DNA of 64,000 nucleotides from Callorhinchus milii (Eukaryota): assembly GCF_018977255.1 (NCBI RefSeq), contig NW_024704750.1, positions 6,138,001 to 6,202,000 on the forward strand, read 5' to 3'. Under the pieces are notes generated by a model. The model saw only the letters and a list, made by a program, of their open reading frames with translations, did not search any database and was not told the DNA's origin. Of the stretch, positions 59,501-64,000 are shown piece by piece (the stretch's first letter is position 1; the number at the start of each line of letters is the position of its first letter). The position numbers and the translations under genes were made by a program.

Positions 59501-62500
59501 ATAATAATAATCCTTGCATTTGATATAGTGCTTTTCACGTCGGGAGGACCTCCCAAAGCGCTTCACAGAACACACTGTAAGGCGAATTGACTGTATATTT
59601 GTGGACGAACGCTGCAGCCAATTGCGCACAGCAATGTCCCACAAACAGTCGTAGATTGAAAATGACCAATTTATTATTGTTTTTGTAGGGATTATTATTA
59701 GGCGTGTGGAGTAAGGAAACTTGCCCAAGGTTTCACCCTGACCTGCCTGGAATTGAACCCAGGTGTCTTGCTTGCAAGGCAAGTGCTCTAACCACTGAGC
59801 TACAGGACTCCACTGGAGTTGAAAAATTTGTACCAGTCTTCACTTTTTACTCCTAACTTTTTAATTTTTAACTTTACTTTGGAATAGGAATACTTTTGGA
59901 GTCCTGTAGCTCAGTGGTTAGAGCACTCGCTTGGCAAGCGAGAGACCTGAGTTCAATTCCAGGCACAGGGCGAAACCTTGGGCAAGTTTCCTTACTCCAC
60001 ACAGAGCCTAATAATAATCCCTCCAAAACCAAAAACAATAATAAATTGGTCATTTTCAATCTAAGACTGTTTGTGGGGCATTGCTGTGCGCAATTGGCTG
60101 CCGCGTTCACCCACAAATATACAGTCAATTCACTTTACATTGTGTTCTGTGAAGCGTTTTGGGACGTCCTCCCGACGTGAAAAGCGCTATATCAAATGCA
60201 AGGATTATTATTATTATTACTTCATTAGTGAATACTTAAGATGACTGTCTTAATGAATTCTCTTCATCTTGAAATCTTCAATTAGGTGACCTTAAAATGT
60301 CTTTTCCAAAGAAAATTCTCTCGACTTTCCTTAAACGTTCAAATCCTGAAAGTAAGCTCCATTCTGATAACTTCCACAAAAGTTTAATTGCCAATTCATG
60401 CCAAATCTTCTTTGCTACTCGTCTCTATTTTCAAAGGTAATCATAGAATTATACAGCACAGAAGGAGGCCATTCGGCCTATCGTGTCTCTGCCGGCTCTT
60501 TGAAAAAACCTTTCCAATTCAATCCCACTCCATTGCGTTCTCCCTGCATACTTATCCTCCCCAAATAATTATCTACTTCTCTCTTAAAAGTTGTTATCGA
60601 ATTGGCTTCCATCACCCTTTCAGGCAATGCGTTCCAGATCCGAACAACTCACTGTATGAAAAAATTTCTCCTCACCTCTGCTTCTTTTAACAATTATTTT
60701 AACTTGGTATCCTCAGGTTTACCACCCCACCCACCAGTGGGAATAATTTCCCCATGTTCACCCTATCGAATCCTCTCATAATTTTGAAAACTTCTTTTAA
60801 GTCTCCTATTAACCTTCTCTGCTCCAAAGAGAATAATCCCAGTTTCTCTAGCCTCCTTTGCACCCACTCCAATGTCTTAACATCTTTCCTAAAGTATGGT
60901 GCCAAAAACTGAACACAGTACTCTAGCTGAGGCCTAGCCAGTGTTTTATAAAGATTCCCGACTTTTGTATTCTTTGCCCCTATTTATAAAGCCCATTTTA
61001 TCAGTCTGTCTCTGTCCATTTGCATTCTGCTATTGTCCTCCTCACTGTTTACTACTTTTCCTAGCTTACTTAATAAATAACTTCCTAAGATTAGGAGGAT
61101 GGTGTCGTAATCCAAATGTGATCAAGGATTGCAAAGGATGCAAGAATTATTCTTAGAATTTTCTGTAGTACTGAAATTCAGAGTCTTAGATTGACAGTTT
61201 CTCAGATATCAGGTTTGGAGAGATGATTCTATCGTGTTTCATATTTAAGAATCAAACTTGTTAAAATGTGCAAGGCAGTGAAAGAAAATTGATCTGTGAG
61301 CCTGCAGTATGATTCTCACTTGTGCATTATACAAGAATCTAGATTTTGCTGCTGTACAAATATTTTTCCATACATATCCATTGCTTTTAGTCAATCATTA
61401 TTGTGTTGATGCCTTTCTCTTTAGGACTTAAACCAGTACCAGGAGCACTTGTCCCATTCCTTCGAACGCAACCCAGCCTACATGATCCAAAATACCCTGA
61501 AAAGCTTCCTGAAAATACATTGGTTCTTCCGTAAGTATCGCATTAACTACAGAGTGAGTGAAATGTATTGAATTTGCAATGAACTATCAATTAATAAGCT
61601 GCTTTAAACAAACAATCTTGTGATGATGTCCTCACTGCACACCTTACATTATTCATTGTATGCTTTACACTCCAGAAAATTGACACGACTATACCCAGAG
61701 ATCAATAATTTATACTTTAACATTGCACGCTGAACCTTCTTGTTATAAAAGTTAAGGTTACAGTGTAGTGTGAATTGATTATTATGATGTAAATATACGA
61801 ATGTATAAACAGATGCAGATATCCAACTGGTAGGTTTCATTTACTATTTTAAGCCACTTGTTGACTTCGATATTACATAAGAACATAAGAAATGCTAGAC
61901 GAAAACAGACCAAGGTCCATCTAGTTCGCCTTCCACCTTCTGGCAGTCACGTGCACATATATCCCAAACTACCTATGTACTATATCCCATAATGTATTTC
62001 CTAAAAGAAAACTATCTAATCTATGTTTCAAAGAATCAATATTTCCTGTTTCAACCATCTCTCTAAGAAAGCCTGTTCCACAGGTTCACTTTTCGCTCAC
62101 TGAAATAGTGTTTGTGTGGAGTCGTTCTGAATTTACCCCCTTCAATCACCGGCTGTGTCCTCTGATTTTTACTATTCTCGACAAATTGAAATAGCCTGTC
62201 ATGATATCTATTGTCTTGCCCCCTTAGAATCTACAGACAGCAATCATGTCGCCTCTCAATCTTCTCTTCTCCAGCATGAACAAGATGTTGTTATTGCTAT
62301 TTAACACGTCAATTCCATGTGTTGCTGAACTACATGATTCCCTTACCGCTATCCCCATGGCTGTCGAGTGCCTGTTTTTTCAGTCTCACCACATTTAATT
62401 TCATTGGTGCTCTAATCTTAAGGCTTGACACACAGTAGATACCAGAAGCCTCTCCTGAATGATATGATGTATAACAGAGTTTTTGAGTGTATGGCCATTA

Positions 62501-63608
62501 TTTTTTTAAATTAAAGGGATTAAGGGGTATGGGGATAGGGCAGGTAAATGGAATTAGGTTAGAAGATCAGCCATGATCTTATTAAATGGCGGGGCAGGCA
62601 TGAGGGTCCGAATGGCCTACTCCTGCTAATATTTCTTATGTTCTTATACCGTAGACAACAGCCAAAACACACATTATAATCCATGGAAACGTGATTTGAC
62701 TTGTTCGAGGTGTAATGCTTCAATAGTGGTTCCTTAGGACTCTGTACCAATCAGAGTGGCTACTGATATTGTAGCTATCACTATATATCAGGTACTTCCA
62801 AATCCTCACTCAAAGTAGTACCTTCCCACAGCAGCTGTCCTGAGCCTCAGAGGTTCCATGTCCATCTTTTGACAAAAGACGCCCTTTGCCTTGGTAATGG
62901 AGATTTTGCTGTAGTACACGCGGAAATCCAACAATGCTGGGTGATAGTTCCCTTTTTCAACATTCATGTGACACGTGTTGAAATTCAACTTGTATGTTAC
63001 CAAAGACCAATTTAAATATCCACATCAAAGTTTAGCGCAGTCCAGTGAACCCAAGGTAACCCATAAGAATCATATGAAATCTTATGTTTTAAGTTGTGTA
63101 AATTTTCGTTACAATCAACCTTTAAATAGGCAAAGTAAAAATTCATCCAAATTTTAAAACAATAATATACCCAGCGATGAGGCATCTGTTTCTGTGTGCA
63201 TCTCTCTCTCTGTCTGTGTGTATCTCAGTCTCCCTCTGTCTGTGTGTATCTCTGTGTCTGTCTGTCTTTTTTGTGTGTGTGGCCCTATGTGTCTCTGCTG
63301 TTGCATTTTTGAACTCTACCACACCTACTCTGTGTTATAGCCCTTATTTGAAGGGTATGTATTCACTTAACTGCAGACTCTTTGTTGTTTTTGTTGCTGT
63401 TTTATGCTTGAAAACTTCAGGTTGAAGAAATCCTGGGAGAGATGTCTCTTTTATCCATTGTTATAGCTAAAAGGCTTTTATTTCTCTGTTTTACAGTCTC
63501 TCTAGAATGAATATGAGGGTGATTTATACAGTGTCTGAATATGACCCACTTCTCGACTCCAGTAACATGAATGCAAAGGATTGGGCTAAAATTGCTAGCG
63601 ATATACAG
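56570..63608 (+). CDS. ASPG: Asparaginase / 60 kDa lysophospholipase, coding exons 1-3 (gene continues past the window)
   Basis: Exons 56570-56690 ([13 protein letters not shown], the catalytic Thr motif; G|gtaaga), 61425-61530 ([20 protein letters not shown]...LPENTLVLP|gtaagt) and 63497-63608 ([30 protein letters not shown]|gttggt) join in frame. ASPG follows TDRD9 in human. Confidence 0.92.
57288..59300 (-). mobile_element. Decayed hAT-superfamily DNA transposon, interrupted by SINE insertions
   Basis: The minus strand at about 57590-57370 reads [66 protein letters not shown], matching the hAT C-terminal dimerisation motif (LTLPVT...ERSFSKLK.IK..LRSTM..ERL..L.ILSI). The right boundary is uncertain. 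Confidence 0.7.
58173..58493 (-). mobile_element. Young full-length SINE, short form
   Basis: Reverse complement of the SINE at 59898-60219; intact CpGs and (TTA)n tail. Confidence 0.92.
59492..59811 (-). mobile_element. Full-length SINE, short form
   Basis: Same family: tRNA head, body and (TTA)n tail on the minus strand. Confidence 0.92.
59898..60219 (+). mobile_element. Young full-length SINE, short form
   Basis: GGAGTCCTGTAGCTCAGTGGTTAGAGC head (tRNA-Ala-like), B box GAGTTCAATTCC, tail GGGACGTCCTCCCGACGTGAAAAGCGCTATATCAAATGCAAGGA(TTA)n. Confidence 0.92.
60440..61000 (-). mobile_element. CR1 3' fragment
   Basis: [17 protein letters not shown]...[28 protein letters not shown] plus a CR1 3' UTR. 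Confidence 0.88.
61876..62282 (-). mobile_element. Older CR1 3' fragment
   Basis: CATAAGAACATAAGAA terminal repeat; the minus strand encodes [13 protein letters not shown]. Confidence 0.75.
62505..62648 (+). mobile_element. CR1 3' UTR fragment (HER1/HE1-like tail)
   Basis: GATCAGCCATGATCTTATTAAATGGCGGGGCAGGC...GAATGGCCTACTCCTGCT...TTCTTATGTTCTTAT. Confidence 0.75.
63185..63296. repeat. Degenerate (TGTCTC)/(TG) low-complexity repeat
   Basis: Direct reading. Confidence 0.8.
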
Positions 63609-64000
63609 GTTGGTTAAAGCTCAAGTCAAGAATCAATAAGTATAAGATTATAGTTACTTTAGTACATGAGCTGAAAGATCACTTTGAATTAATGCCACAC
63701 CGACCCTTCTTGGTAACTAGTTCCAGTCGTTAATTATCCTCTGGGTAAAACAACTTCCTGGTGTGTGTGCCCTATGCCCTCTTATTCTATTACTGTTGTG
63801 TTTTTGTAATTGTGCTTACTGAGAAATGCACTGTTCCTGATCTATAAATACCATGGAAAAGAGTATTTTAGATGAAAGCAATGTTACAAATTGGAGCATA
63901 ATATATCTCAGCATAAATCTATATATAAATACTGGAAGTAAAAATGTCTTGTGTTTCTAAAATTTAATTCTAGACAACCATTAAAGAAATGTCTGGAATT

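Noticed and set aside
59898-59970. tRNA-Ala-like sequences (also at 22404, 32457, 41743, 52947, 58493, 59811)
   Set aside because: They run directly into SINE bodies and lack a proper acceptor-stem 3' end, so they are SINE heads rather than tRNA genes.
13040-60219. Recurring palindromic unit GGGACGTCCTCCCGACGTG resembling a CRISPR repeat
   Set aside because: Dispersed and irregularly spaced in a eukaryotic context; it is the LINE/SINE 3' stem-loop.
62806-63003. 65-aa minus-strand ORF in ASPG intron 2
   Set aside because: No recognisable motif or convincing splice context; could be a decayed element but is unsupported.

Overview
Vertebrate nuclear DNA, most likely a cartilaginous fish such as a chimaera (inferred from the SINE/LINE families, not proven). 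The window carries the gene block known from human 14q32.33, in the same order. It contains the 5' end of PPP1R13B/ASPP1 (minus; 9-nt first coding exon in a CpG island) and a complete ATP5MJ (minus; 56 aa). A complete 36-exon TDRD9 (plus; about 1395 aa; DEVH helicase + Tudor, piRNA pathway) lies head-to-head with ATP5MJ, with RD3L (minus; 205 aa) nested antisense in its intron 1. The first three coding exons of ASPG (plus) follow. Introns hold L2 and CR1 LINE fragments, a tRNA/CORE/Deu-like SINE family sharing the L2 3' tail, a Tc1/mariner MITE and a decayed hAT transposon. Gene calls rest on manual exon assembly and recalled orthologue sequences; no database search was run. I found no clearly new biological system. 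The most unusual signals are several locally templated duplications (a 121-bp copy of TDRD9 exon 32 inside an L2, near-perfect fold-back hairpins, a 59-bp inverted copy), a degenerate hammerhead-like core in a palindromic repeat in the ATP5MJ/TDRD9 promoter, and two SINE copies sharing an 18-bp 5' extension.
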